Origin: an uncultured Verrucomicrobiae bacterium
Lineage (GTDB): Bacteria; Verrucomicrobiota; Verrucomicrobiia; Chthoniobacterales; JAFAMB01
DNA: 64,000 nucleotides
NCBI GenBank assembly: GCA_963837955.1
Contig: CAWIPH010000002.1
Coordinates: forward strand, 4,960,001-5,024,000
Reading direction: 5' to 3'
Shown here: one piece after another, positions 31,486-40,684 of the stretch
How positions within the stretch are numbered: position 1 is the first letter of the stretch
Layout of the letters: each line of letters starts with the position of its first letter
Notes under the pieces: generated by a model
The model's input: the letters and a program-made list of their open reading frames with translations, nothing else
What the model was told of the DNA's origin: nothing
The model's database searches: none
Program-made: the position numbers and the translations under genes

Positions 31486-32484
31486 ATGACTCTTTTCGAG
31501 CTCGCCCGCGAATTAAACATCAGCATCGCCACGGTCTCCCGGGCATTGAACCGACCCGATGATGTGGCACCAGCCACTCGAGAACGAGTGCTTGCCGCTG
31601 TCCACCGCAATGGCCATTACCAGCCGGGCCGCCCTCGTTCTCTCCGCGCCCAACAGACGCGTACCATCGGCGTGGTGATTTCCGATATCCGTAACTATTT
31701 CTTCGCTGCGTTTGTTAAAAGTATCGAAGATCAGGCCAGAGCGAACGGCTATACGATTCTGATTTGTAATGCGGACGAAGACAAAGAAAAGGAAGAGGCC
31801 GCACTGCGCATGCTGCTGGATCGCAAAGTGGCCGGAGTGATTAACTGTTCTACTGGGGGCAACCTGGCGATGCTTGAGCTGGTCCGCAGGAGCGGCGCTA
31901 TCTTGGTCGACTTTGATCGCGAATCAGGTCTCGATCACACCGATACCGTAACGATCAATAGTCAAAAGGGAGCAGAACTTGCCGTGGAGCATTTGAGCGC
32001 ACTTGGGCACACTCGAGTCGCGACCATCGCCGGTCCACAGCATCTTTCGAACGGAAGGGCACGCCTTCTGGGATTCCAACAGGCTTTGGCCAAACGCTCG
32101 ATTGCTCTGCCACCCGACTATATTCAGATTGGCAATTTCCAGTCGGAGTCAGGTTACGTTTGTAGCCAGCGACTTCTGGGCTTAAAACGCCCGCCCACGG
32201 CGGTTTTCACGGCAAACATGGAGATGGCTGCCGGTCTTATTGCGCTGGTCCGAGAACGTGAAATCAAGTTACCAGAAGAGCTTTCGATCGTGTCGTTCGA
32301 TGATGGTTTTTGGGCGCGTTACATCGATCCCCCTTTGACCGTGATCGCTCAACCGGTCGAAGCAATGGGCCGTTTTACTATCGACCTGATGTTAAAACGA
32401 CTCCGCGGGAGCCGTGGCGTTCAGCGAAAAGTATTCGCTCCGAAACTGATCGTCCGCCGCTCAACTGCTCCGGTAAGGGCGTAA
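31486..32484 (+). CDS. LacI-family transcriptional regulator
   Basis: TLFELARELNISIATVSRALN HTH, SIVSFDD, PPLTVIAQP. Confidence 0.92.
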   Translation: MTLFELARELNISIATVSRALNRPDDVAPATRERVLAAVHRNGHYQPGRPRSLRAQQTRTIGVVISDIRNYFFAAFVKSIEDQARANGYTILICNADEDKEKEEAALRMLLDRKVAGVINCSTGGNLAMLELVRRSGAILVDFDRESGLDHTDTVTINSQKGAELAVEHLSALGHTRVATIAGPQHLSNGRARLLGFQQALAKRSIALPPDYIQIGNFQSESGYVCSQRLLGLKRPPTAVFTANMEMAAGLIALVREREIKLPEELSIVSFDDGFWARYIDPPLTVIAQPVEAMGRFTIDLMLKRLRGSRGVQRKVFAPKLIVRRSTAPVRA

Positions 32485-32810
32485 ACTGATGCTCCAGCCT
32501 CAGTAACAAACCGCGATGCTAACTCATTCGGCACTGAATTATCCAACGAGCCTCACGTTATCTACCTGAGCGTGGACGATCAGGCCGTAGACTGATGCTC
32601 CAGCCTCAGTAACCGCGATGCTACCTCATTCGGCACTGAATTATCCAACGAGCCTCACGTTATCTACCTGAGCGTGGACGATCAGGCCGTAGACTGATGC
32701 TCCAGCCTCAGTAACCGCGATGCTACCTCACTCGGCACTGAATTATCCAGGGGCCTCGCGTTACATACCTGAGCGTGGACGGTCAGGCTACTTTGTGGAC
32801 GATCAGGCTA
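32485..32810. repeat. Three-copy ~102-bp tandem repeat, non-coding
   Basis: Units start at 32485, 32591 and 32693 (ACTGATGCTCCAGCCTCAGTAAC...); stops in all six frames of the unit. Confidence 0.92.
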
Positions 32811-33611
32811 CTCTGATACCGCATCGAGCAATCGCCTGAGTGCGGCATTGAACTCGACCTCGTTCTCGAGGTTTGGCATGTGCCCGACTCCTTTCATCCA
32901 AACGAGTTCTGACCGCTTCAGGAGAGTGTGCATCCGCTCGGCCTCGGCGCGGGTGGTGAACGCGTCTTCATCGCCGACAACGACGAGCGCCGGAACATTT
33001 AGACTCGCCAGCGTGTTCTCGTAATCGGGGCGCTCGGCCCGGCCGCGCAGCGCAGCTGCGGCCCCAGACGGGTGCGCCGCCAGCATCATTGAACGGACGT
33101 GCTCTGCGACCGCCGGAAGCGCTGCGATATTTCTGGGTGCCACCATTTTCGGTAACACTTCTTCGGCGTACCCATCCATACCCTCGCGCAATAGTCGATC
33201 GGCCATTGTGGCTCGGATTCGCTTGCCCTCATCCGTTTCAGCCTTCGGGAACGTCGCAGCCAGTAGAATTCCGCGAACACGCCCGGGGTAGAGTCGGCAG
33301 AACTCCATCACTATCTGGCCACCCATTGATAGGCCGCAAATCACGACATCGCGAATGCGGAGGTGATCGAGGAGGGTCGCGATATCGCAGGCAAAGATGT
33401 CGAGTGTCGTCTTGCCCGGTACGACGGAACTCTCTCCATAGCCTCGCAGATCCGGCGCGATCACCCGCCAACCGGACTGCGCGAGCGCTTCGACCTGGGG
33501 TCTCCACATCGAGCGATCGAATGGGTGGCCGTGGACCAGGACAAGTGTGTTCTCACCGTTGCCCGCATCGTCGTAGCCGACCGTGATGCCATTTACTGAG
33601 GCTGCGCCCAT
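32808..33611 (-). CDS. Alpha/beta hydrolase (enol-lactonase-like)
   Basis: LVHGHP, PDLRGYG, GLSMGG nucleophile elbow, GDED, GHMPNLE; ATG 33611 overlaps the DMT gene end. Confidence 0.9.
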   Translation of the reverse strand: MGAASVNGITVGYDDAGNGENTLVLVHGHPFDRSMWRPQVEALAQSGWRVIAPDLRGYGESSVVPGKTTLDIFACDIATLLDHLRIRDVVICGLSMGGQIVMEFCRLYPGRVRGILLAATFPKAETDEGKRIRATMADRLLREGMDGYAEEVLPKMVAPRNIAALPAVAEHVRSMMLAAHPSGAAAALRGRAERPDYENTLASLNVPALVVVGDEDAFTTRAEAERMHTLLKRSELVWMKGVGHMPNLENEVEFNAALRRLLDAVSE

Positions 33612-34525
33612 CGTCTTGCTGCTCCTCCAACTTTGAATCCATGAAAATGCAGACTCCAACGTGCCGCGACGACCGCTACGAGTAACAGTCCCAGGACAAA
33701 CCAAAGCTGAACTTCGATCTGCTCAGCTAAGATCAATCCCGCTGCCAAAACCGCTAACACGGATTGGAATTGTTGGATTTGACTCATTTTAGCCACCCCT
33801 CCTAGAGCCAAACCTCGGTAGTAAAACGCGAAGCCAAGAAATTGAGAAACCAAGACCTGGTACAATAGCCCGAACCACGCCGGAACAGACTCGACATGAT
33901 TAACTCCGCCCCGCAATGCCAAATAGGAGGTCAGCAAGACGATAGCCAGCGGTGCGGCGAAAACCAGCATCCAGCAGATCGCTCGCCACCCGCCCATTTC
34001 CTGGGCCAACAGACCACCTTCCGCATAACCATAGGCGCAAGCCAAGCAGGCAAGAAGTATAAGGATATCGGCGCGTTGAAATTGTAGGCCATTTGACCGC
34101 GAGACCAGAAACCAGAGAACCACCGAGGTCCCGCATCCGGCAATGATCCAGAACGCGAGCGGCGCCCTTTCACGTCTACGCAACACCCCGAACAGCGCGG
34201 TCAATAGCGGCAACACTGCCGTAATCGCGGCCGCGTGACTTGCTGGGACTGTCTGCAGCGCGAGCGTCGTAAAGATTGGGAAAATGAAAACGATGCCGAT
34301 GGCCGCCAGACAGAGCCTTGCGATCTGTCTCCCTTTGGGCATCGGATATTTTCCCACCAAAACGCAAAGTACGGCGACAACGCCCGCGCCGGCGCCTCTG
34401 GCTAATGCAATCACTCCGGGATCGAAGCTGCGCAGCGCGAGCCGAACAGCCACAAAGGAGAGGCTGAAACAGGCCACGCCGATAAAGGTAAAAATCCAAC
34501 CCTGGAGTTCGTCCTCTGAGGTCAT
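33593..34525 (-). CDS. DMT/EamA-family transporter
   Basis: 10-TM pattern, GYAEGG, SQFLGFAFYYRGLALGGVA; start at ATG 34525. Confidence 0.9.
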   Translation of the reverse strand: MTSEDELQGWIFTFIGVACFSLSFVAVRLALRSFDPGVIALARGAGAGVVAVLCVLVGKYPMPKGRQIARLCLAAIGIVFIFPIFTTLALQTVPASHAAAITAVLPLLTALFGVLRRRERAPLAFWIIAGCGTSVVLWFLVSRSNGLQFQRADILILLACLACAYGYAEGGLLAQEMGGWRAICWMLVFAAPLAIVLLTSYLALRGGVNHVESVPAWFGLLYQVLVSQFLGFAFYYRGLALGGVAKMSQIQQFQSVLAVLAAGLILAEQIEVQLWFVLGLLLVAVVAARWSLHFHGFKVGGAARRWAQPQ

Positions 34526-34596
34526 GGCGAGTCCGTGGGCCGGTATAGGCAAAAGAGGGCGCTTTCCTTCCATCCACCAACCTTCTCCAGATTTTG

Positions 34597-34640
34597 GACC
34601 AGAACAGATACAGATCCTGCGAAAATCGACCAGAACAGAT
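34597..34640. promoter_or_regulatory. Candidate MocR-family binding direct repeats
   Basis: GACCAGAACAGAT at 34597-34609 and 34628-34640 (31-bp period) in the divergent promoter. Confidence 0.65.
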
Positions 34641-34676
34641 TGCATGACTGATTTTTTGGGCCAGGCTCCATTTTGG

Positions 34677-36116
34677 ATGCGAACCCAATTCCCACCTGCC
34701 TACAGCCAGCTGGCGGAACTCCTTAGCACACAGATCGCGGCCAACACCTATTTGCCTGGCGACCGACTTCCGTCTGTTCGAGCGCTAGCCTTACGCCACA
34801 GCTATAGTGCCGAGACCGTACTTCGCGCCTTTCGCTTGTTAGAAGATCGTGGGCTGGTTGAACCGCGCCCACGCAGCGGATTCTTCGTGCGCCAGAAAGA
34901 TCTTCGGGCCTTACCTCCGCCATCCTCTCAACCCACCGTATTCCAGGCCACCAACGTCGAACTCAGCGCACTTCGTCATCAAACCATTCTGTTCGGTACG
35001 GCCACCGATTTCGTTCCCTTGAGCCTCACGTTGCCGAGCCCGGAAATTCTTCCTACGCGCCAACTGATCCAAACTATCACGAGCATGGCTCGACGCTTCC
35101 CAGAAGAGGTTGTTCGACAAAGTGAGCCAGCTGGCACCATAAAGCTCCGCCAACAGCTCGCCCGCCGGGCCTCAGAATCTGGCTGCTTTCTTACGCCAGA
35201 TGATTTCATCGTGACGGTCGGAGCGTCCGAAGCAATCAATCTCGCGCTCCGGGCATGTTGCAACGCGGGAGACATCGTGTTGGTCGAATCGCCATCTTAC
35301 TTCGGCACTCTCGAGATTATGGAAAGCTTGAATCTGCGGGTGGTCGAACTAGCAACCGACCCCGAACGTGGAATTTCGGTCCAGGATGTAGCGAAAGCGC
35401 TCAGCCGATTTCCCCGTGTCCGGGCCTGTCTCTTAGTAACCAATCACAGTAATCCCCTCGGGTGCACGCTGAGCGCGGAAACCAAACGACAATTGGTTCA
35501 ATTATTGGCGAGCCACCAAGTCGCGTTGATCGAAGACGACGTTTTTGGAGATCTCCATCAACCAAGTCAGAGCCGGCCGGTTGTCGCGAAAGCCTTCGAT
35601 GAGACTGGATCAGTCATTCTGGTGAGCTCTATTTCAAAAGTCTTAGCTCCCGGCTTTCGTCTTGGCTGGATCGCTCCAGGTAAGTACCGGGATCGCATTC
35701 TCCAACTTAAATCTTCCAGCAGCCTAGCTACCCCTTCTCTAACCCAGCTGGCAGTTGCGGAGTTCCTGAAAAGCGGCTCTTTGGACCGCCATCTCCATCG
35801 GATGCGCGCGTTCCTGGCAGAGCAGGTGTACCGTTTCACGAACGCCGTTACCGAATCCTTTCCTTCGGGTACACGAATCTCTCGCCCGAGCGGCGGATTC
35901 GTGCTTTGGATCGAGGTTCCCTGCGATACTCTTGAGTTGGCCAAACAGGCGCTCAATCGTTACCGGATTGCGATCGCGCCGGGCAAAATTTTTGCCGCGC
36001 GCGGTGATCGTTACGAAAACTGTTTTCGGCTCAGCTGTGGCTACCGATTTTCTCCGCTGTTTGCCGAAGCAATTGCAGTGCTGGGGAAGTTGATCCGATC
36101 GCTCGAGCAGAAATAG
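34677..36116 (+). CDS. MocR/GntR PLP-dependent aminotransferase-family regulator
   Basis: GDRLPSVR wHTH, ESPSYFG, NPLG, IEDDVFGDL, SISKVLAPGFRLGW; start at ATG 34677. Confidence 0.93.
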   Translation: MRTQFPPAYSQLAELLSTQIAANTYLPGDRLPSVRALALRHSYSAETVLRAFRLLEDRGLVEPRPRSGFFVRQKDLRALPPPSSQPTVFQATNVELSALRHQTILFGTATDFVPLSLTLPSPEILPTRQLIQTITSMARRFPEEVVRQSEPAGTIKLRQQLARRASESGCFLTPDDFIVTVGASEAINLALRACCNAGDIVLVESPSYFGTLEIMESLNLRVVELATDPERGISVQDVAKALSRFPRVRACLLVTNHSNPLGCTLSAETKRQLVQLLASHQVALIEDDVFGDLHQPSQSRPVVAKAFDETGSVILVSSISKVLAPGFRLGWIAPGKYRDRILQLKSSSSLATPSLTQLAVAEFLKSGSLDRHLHRMRAFLAEQVYRFTNAVTESFPSGTRISRPSGGFVLWIEVPCDTLELAKQALNRYRIAIAPGKIFAARGDRYENCFRLSCGYRFSPLFAEAIAVLGKLIRSLEQK

Positions 36117-36406
36117 CTACAAAAATTGGGCCGAATTATGTTTCCCATTTTGAAAATAGAGTTAGCGAGCCGAATGGAAAAACGCAGTCGTGGTTATTTC
36201 ACCGAAGGTCGCCGAGCGTACCAATGACTTCCAAATTCTACCTTCCAGATTTCTCGCGCAGACTGGTCCGACAAAGCCTCGCCCGAAATCTTGGCTCTTA
36301 GGTCCTGATTCGGTCCCCTCTTCTACTAAAGAGATTTCACAGGAGATCGCAAAGTTGCGGAAAAGGGTCTGATTTCTGGTTTCTGCCTCTCCCGTCTCCG
36401 GTTTGC

Positions 36407-36657
36407 ACGCCGCAGGCGTTAGAGGACTCAGCCCAGGGTGGAGGCTTGGCGGAACCCTGGGTAAAGCAAAAAAAAGCGGTCCGCTCTGAAAGTGCGCTAG
36501 GATTTGTCCGACCACGGAGGCGTGTTTGGCTTGCTTAGTCCGACCGCCGCGACTGACGTGACGCACACGGTTCAAATAGCCAGAGGCAGATTCTCTCAAC
36601 CCCGCCGGCCAGTTTCTATATCAATGCGCCGCTGACAAACAGTCTCCCTCCGGGACA
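36407..36657. repeat. REP-like palindromic element (degenerate)
   Basis: ACGCC-GCA-GGCGT, CCCAGGGT...ACCCTGGG hairpin, CGCTCTGAAAGTGCG, terminal TCCCTCCGGGAC; architecture resembles 50317-50584. Confidence 0.6.
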
Positions 36658-36858
36658 GCGGGTAACGGTATGGCTCGATTTTGTCGATCCGTCGAAGGGA
36701 TCTATTCTGTACACTACGCGGGTGTTAGCGTCGGGTCCAAACGAGCGGTGATGGCCGAAAAATCTTCGGCGCTTGAAGGCGTCTTCCTAGTTGCTGGATC
36801 CTCGGCTTGATTTCGCGGGGAAAGTTATTGACGATGCTGCCGCGTCCGCGAACCGGCT

Positions 36859-37614
36859 ATGAATTGGTATTACCTGATGGAGGGCCAGCCAAAAGGTCCA
36901 ATCGACGTTACTGAACTGGAAAGGCTTTTTCAATTTGGAGCCATCCGGCTCGGGACCCTGATTTGGCGTGAGGGAATGTCAGCGTGGGCTAGCTTCGCCG
37001 ACGCGTTTCAGCAGCCCGCGGTTAAGTGCGATCAGTGTAAACAACTCGTCCCGCAGGATCCGGTAATTCGGTACGGGACGATGACGATTTGCCCAGATTG
37101 CAAAGAATCATTTTTTGGACAAATCCGGGAAGGTCTCGCTCCAGATGTAAAGGCTATTTACGGCGGATTCTGGATTCGTGCTGGGGCATGGTTAATCGAT
37201 CAGTTGATTTTGTTCTTCCTCCGGCTGCCTTTTCAAATCGCGTGGCAATTCTTCTACTTCTTCCTGATGTCAGGCATGTCGGGCAGAATGTCGAAAGCGA
37301 CCGATTTTCCATATCGGTCTTTTTTGATCGCCTATGGAACATATGGTTTCATTATTTTCGCGATTAGCCTTGCTTACTACGTTTTTTTCGTAGGCAGGTA
37401 TGGAGCGACCCCGGGGAAAATGGCGTTGAAATTGCGAATCGTCCGCTCTGATCGGTCGAAATTAACGTATTGGAGAGCGACCGCCCGATATTTCGCGCAA
37501 ATAGTAACAAGTTTGACGCTCCTTATAGGGTACATCATGGCTGCCTTTGATTCCGAGAAACGGGCGTTGCATGATTATCTTTGCGACACCCGAGTGATAA
37601 AGCGAAACGCATGA
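36859..37614 (+). CDS. RDD-family protein with N-terminal GYF_2(DUF4339)-like and Zn-ribbon domains
   Basis: WYY...GP...LIWREGMSAW; CDQC...CPDC; YGGFWIRAGAWLID, TPGKMAL, KRALHD. Confidence 0.9.
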   Translation: MNWYYLMEGQPKGPIDVTELERLFQFGAIRLGTLIWREGMSAWASFADAFQQPAVKCDQCKQLVPQDPVIRYGTMTICPDCKESFFGQIREGLAPDVKAIYGGFWIRAGAWLIDQLILFFLRLPFQIAWQFFYFFLMSGMSGRMSKATDFPYRSFLIAYGTYGFIIFAISLAYYVFFVGRYGATPGKMALKLRIVRSDRSKLTYWRATARYFAQIVTSLTLLIGYIMAAFDSEKRALHDYLCDTRVIKRNA

Positions 37615-38201
37615 ATGGAGGCGCATTCTGCCCACTTTGCCGTCGTTTGCTTGGGCTCGAGTTCTGGAACACCGGTGCTTTCCAAGTCTGCCCAGGTTGT
37701 TCATCCCAAGTAATGGTGACTAGCTTTCCCGCGATGGCAATGCCGTCAGGCCTGGCATCCGTCGTTCCGCCCGAATCGGGAGAGTCGAGTTGTTTCTTTC
37801 ATCCCGGTAACTTGGCGGAATCTATTTGCGACGGGTGCGGGCGTTTTCTGTGTGGACTGTGTTCGATCAAGTTCGGCAAGCGCAAATTCTGTCCAGACTG
37901 CATCTATCAAAACCGGCGGCAAAAAAGCGATCCGCTGCTTGTTGATCAAGCTCTCCTTTTTGACAACATCGCCATTTCGATCCTGCTGCTTTCGGCTTTC
38001 ACATTGATCTACCTCTTTTTGGGTCTGGTCATCAGCTTGTTGTCCATCTGCTTAGTATTCGTTGGGTGGAGATACCAACGAACCCTGGTGCGCCGATCCC
38101 GAATCCGATTTGGGATTGCTCTGATCCTGGCGTTGATCGGGGGCGGAGGTTGGATCGTACTTCTCCTCTTATTCATCCACTCTCTACCGCATTATGCCTG
38201 A
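37611..38201 (+). CDS. Zn-finger (B-box-like) membrane protein
   Basis: CPLC...CPGC, CFFHP...CDGCGRFLCGLC...CPDC, then three TM helices; ATGA coupling. Confidence 0.8.
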   Translation: MNGGAFCPLCRRLLGLEFWNTGAFQVCPGCSSQVMVTSFPAMAMPSGLASVVPPESGESSCFFHPGNLAESICDGCGRFLCGLCSIKFGKRKFCPDCIYQNRRQKSDPLLVDQALLFDNIAISILLLSAFTLIYLFLGLVISLLSICLVFVGWRYQRTLVRRSRIRFGIALILALIGGGGWIVLLLLFIHSLPHYA

Positions 38202-38685
38202 TATGGCGGAAGCTTATCGCAAGATCGCGTCTACGAGCTGGTTGTCCCGATGCGTGCCCGGGATGCGAAGCGCTCTCTACCTGGCCGACGATCACCTTTT
38301 GTTAGCCACGCAGGTCCTGATTTTTGAAAAATATCACCGCTTCTTCTATTCCGATATCGAGGCGATCGTCGCGGCAAAGAGCAATCGTTGGATTTGGGTG
38401 TCGGTCGTTTGGGGGCTCAGCGTAATGTTGAGCATGCTGTGGTATTTGGGCCGAGTTCCATGGTGCTATGTCGTCGGCGGCTGCTGTATTTTGTTCGCAG
38501 GAGGAATCCTCATCTGGAACCTGCTGGCCGGTCCAACCTACATCGTAAAGATCCAAACCGCCGCTCAAACCCGGCGATTGAAGGCGGTCGAACGCGCGCG
38601 CAAGTACGAAAACTTCCAGACACTCGTCATTCCTCTCATCGTGGCTGCGCAACAATCGAATTCTGTCTCCGCGACGACGCCATGA
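38194..38685 (+). CDS. Hypothetical membrane protein
   Basis: LYLADDHLL...YHRFFYSDIEAI, two TM helices; overlaps both neighbours in the operon. Confidence 0.75.
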   Translation: MPDMAEAYRKIASTSWLSRCVPGMRSALYLADDHLLLATQVLIFEKYHRFFYSDIEAIVAAKSNRWIWVSVVWGLSVMLSMLWYLGRVPWCYVVGGCCILFAGGILIWNLLAGPTYIVKIQTAAQTRRLKAVERARKYENFQTLVIPLIVAAQQSNSVSATTP

Positions 38686-38996
38686 AACTTGCAGCTCGAC
38701 GGTGCCTGATTCATTCGGAGCGGGAAGCGGCAGCCCGCTGCCCGGTTTGTCATCAATTTTTTTGCCGAGAATGTGTAACCGAGCACACCGGTCGCTTTGT
38801 TTGTGCGTCTTGCCTGCTTGGACTCGTCACTAAAAAGACTGCTCCGAAACGGTCGTTGATTTGGCTTACTTTGCCGTTTCGGCTTTGCTTCGGATTTTTA
38901 CTCGCCTGGAGCTTTTTCTACCTAGTCGGCTATTTGCTTTTGTTTGTCCCCCCGTCCGTTCAAGACGGATCGTTCCTTTTCAAGCTAGCTCCATGA
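38682..38996 (+). CDS. Small B-box-like Zn-finger membrane protein
   Basis: CLIHSEREAAARCPVCHQFFCRECVTEH...CASC plus one TM helix; ATGA coupling at both ends. Confidence 0.8.
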   Translation: MKLAARRCLIHSEREAAARCPVCHQFFCRECVTEHTGRFVCASCLLGLVTKKTAPKRSLIWLTLPFRLCFGFLLAWSFFYLVGYLLLFVPPSVQDGSFLFKLAP

Positions 38997-40684
38997 GCCG
39001 AACTCAGCACCCTATTGATCTCATAGAGGAAGCGATTCACTTGCTTCGGCGCGCTCCGATCGAGACGTATGCGTTCTTCCTGATCGGCGTCACGCCTTTC
39101 GTACTGTGCCTCTTTAATTTTTGCTCGGAGATGAGTTACAGCGAACAGGCCAGAAGTAACTTGCCCATGTTCGCCTCGACCTTGGCCCTCTCCTATCTCT
39201 GGATGAAAGGATGTCAATCCGTGACGTGCAGGCAGCTGGTGGCGGCTTATTCGGGAGAGTTACCAAACGCCGGGAATTTTGGGCGCATTCTCAGATCTTG
39301 CATCTACCAGGCGACGATTCATCCGATCGGCCTCTTCGCCAAACCGATGGCAGCGCTGGCTTCGTTGCCGGGATTTCTCACATTCGTACCGCCGCTCATG
39401 CTTCCCGCCCTCGTCACCTGTTCTTTTTTTCAGAATGCTAGTATTTTGATCACCGGAGAACGAGGCGACTTCGGGAAGTGTTGGGAACTCAGTCTGGGTC
39501 GGGTCCGCGGGACGGCATTGCTCCTCTTGCTTTCAACATTCCTGCGTATCATCATTTTTTTGAATGTGTACGTAACGATTGCGATTCTGCCCTATCTGCT
39601 AAAGGCACTTTTCGGAATCGACACGTTTCTGAGCCGAGATTTTCGCTGGTTGATCTCGTTCGGCTATCTAGTCGGCGTTGGGCTGGTCTCCTATTTCTGT
39701 GTCGATCTGTTGATCAAAGCGATCCATGTCATTCAGGTTTGCCGAGCCGAAGCGCAAACTACCGGGAAAGACTTGCAGCGATCTCTTGTAAGTTTGACTG
39801 CCGTGAAGAGCGTGAGCCTACTGCTCTGCCTGATCCTTCCGGCGCTTCCAGTGTTGGCCGGTGCCGAAGAGAAAATGAAGGATCACGTTGTGCTCGCGTC
39901 GGTTAAGCGAGCTTCTCCCAACTCGGAATCTGATCGAATCCCGGAGGCTGAACTGAACGAGCAGATCGATCGAGAACTCAACGGCTCGGAATACAACTGG
40001 CGAAAGCCTCACCACCATTTGATTTCCGGCGAAAGCAATTGGCTCCAGAATCTGGGTGCCTGGATAGGGAAAATATTCCTGAAGATATACCGCGCAATAG
40101 ACAAAATCGTTAACGCGATCGTGAACTGGTGGAACTCGCTTTTTCCCAAACCCAAAGGGTCAATCCCGCTTGCGACGGGCGCTGCCGCTCCGAATTGGAT
40201 GAGTCAGTTTCTACTCTACGCAATAGTCTGTGGCCTGTTGATAGCGGTTGCGCTCGTCATCCTCCGTATACTCGGCCGGACCAAGAAGAAACCGCTTTCG
40301 GTCGCTCCGCCGGTTTCACCTATCCCAAATCTCGAAAGCGAATCGACCGTTGCGGATGAGCTTCCGGAGGATGAATGGATTCTTCTGGCTCGCCGGAAAC
40401 TGCAGGAGGGCGAACCGCGCTTGGCGTTGCGCGCGTTATTTCTGGCGGTTCTTTCTCTGCTAGGTGCCCAACGCCTGATCATCGTTCGGCGATCTAAATC
40501 GAATTCTGATTACGAGACCGAGCTCGGACGGCGCAGATCAGGGGAAGTAACCGAACTATTTCGGGGCAACCGTCGTTTGTTTGAACGGTGCTGGTACGGC
40601 GATCATCCCGTCACGGACATCGAAATCGATCAGTCCAATAGCTTTTATCAGCGCTTGAAACATGCCTGTCTCCCGGAAAAATAA
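38993..40684 (+). CDS. Membrane protein with C-terminal DUF4129-like domain
   Basis: Multi-TM N-terminus; RLALRALFLA...SKSNSDY...FERCWYG. Confidence 0.8.
   Translation: MSRTQHPIDLIEEAIHLLRRAPIETYAFFLIGVTPFVLCLFNFCSEMSYSEQARSNLPMFASTLALSYLWMKGCQSVTCRQLVAAYSGELPNAGNFGRILRSCIYQATIHPIGLFAKPMAALASLPGFLTFVPPLMLPALVTCSFFQNASILITGERGDFGKCWELSLGRVRGTALLLLLSTFLRIIIFLNVYVTIAILPYLLKALFGIDTFLSRDFRWLISFGYLVGVGLVSYFCVDLLIKAIHVIQVCRAEAQTTGKDLQRSLVSLTAVKSVSLLLCLILPALPVLAGAEEKMKDHVVLASVKRASPNSESDRIPEAELNEQIDRELNGSEYNWRKPHHHLISGESNWLQNLGAWIGKIFLKIYRAIDKIVNAIVNWWNSLFPKPKGSIPLATGAAAPNWMSQFLLYAIVCGLLIAVALVILRILGRTKKKPLSVAPPVSPIPNLESESTVADELPEDEWILLARRKLQEGEPRLALRALFLAVLSLLGAQRLIIVRRSKSNSDYETELGRRRSGEVTELFRGNRRLFERCWYGDHPVTDIEIDQSNSFYQRLKHACLPEK

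Noticed and set aside
32485..32810. Possible CRISPR array
   Set aside because: Units are contiguous ~102-bp duplicates with no unique spacers, and no cas genes are in the window.
34284..34676. 131-aa N-terminal extension of the MocR regulator
   Set aside because: It overlaps the antisense DMT gene and the promoter repeats; the wHTH begins after Met at 34677.
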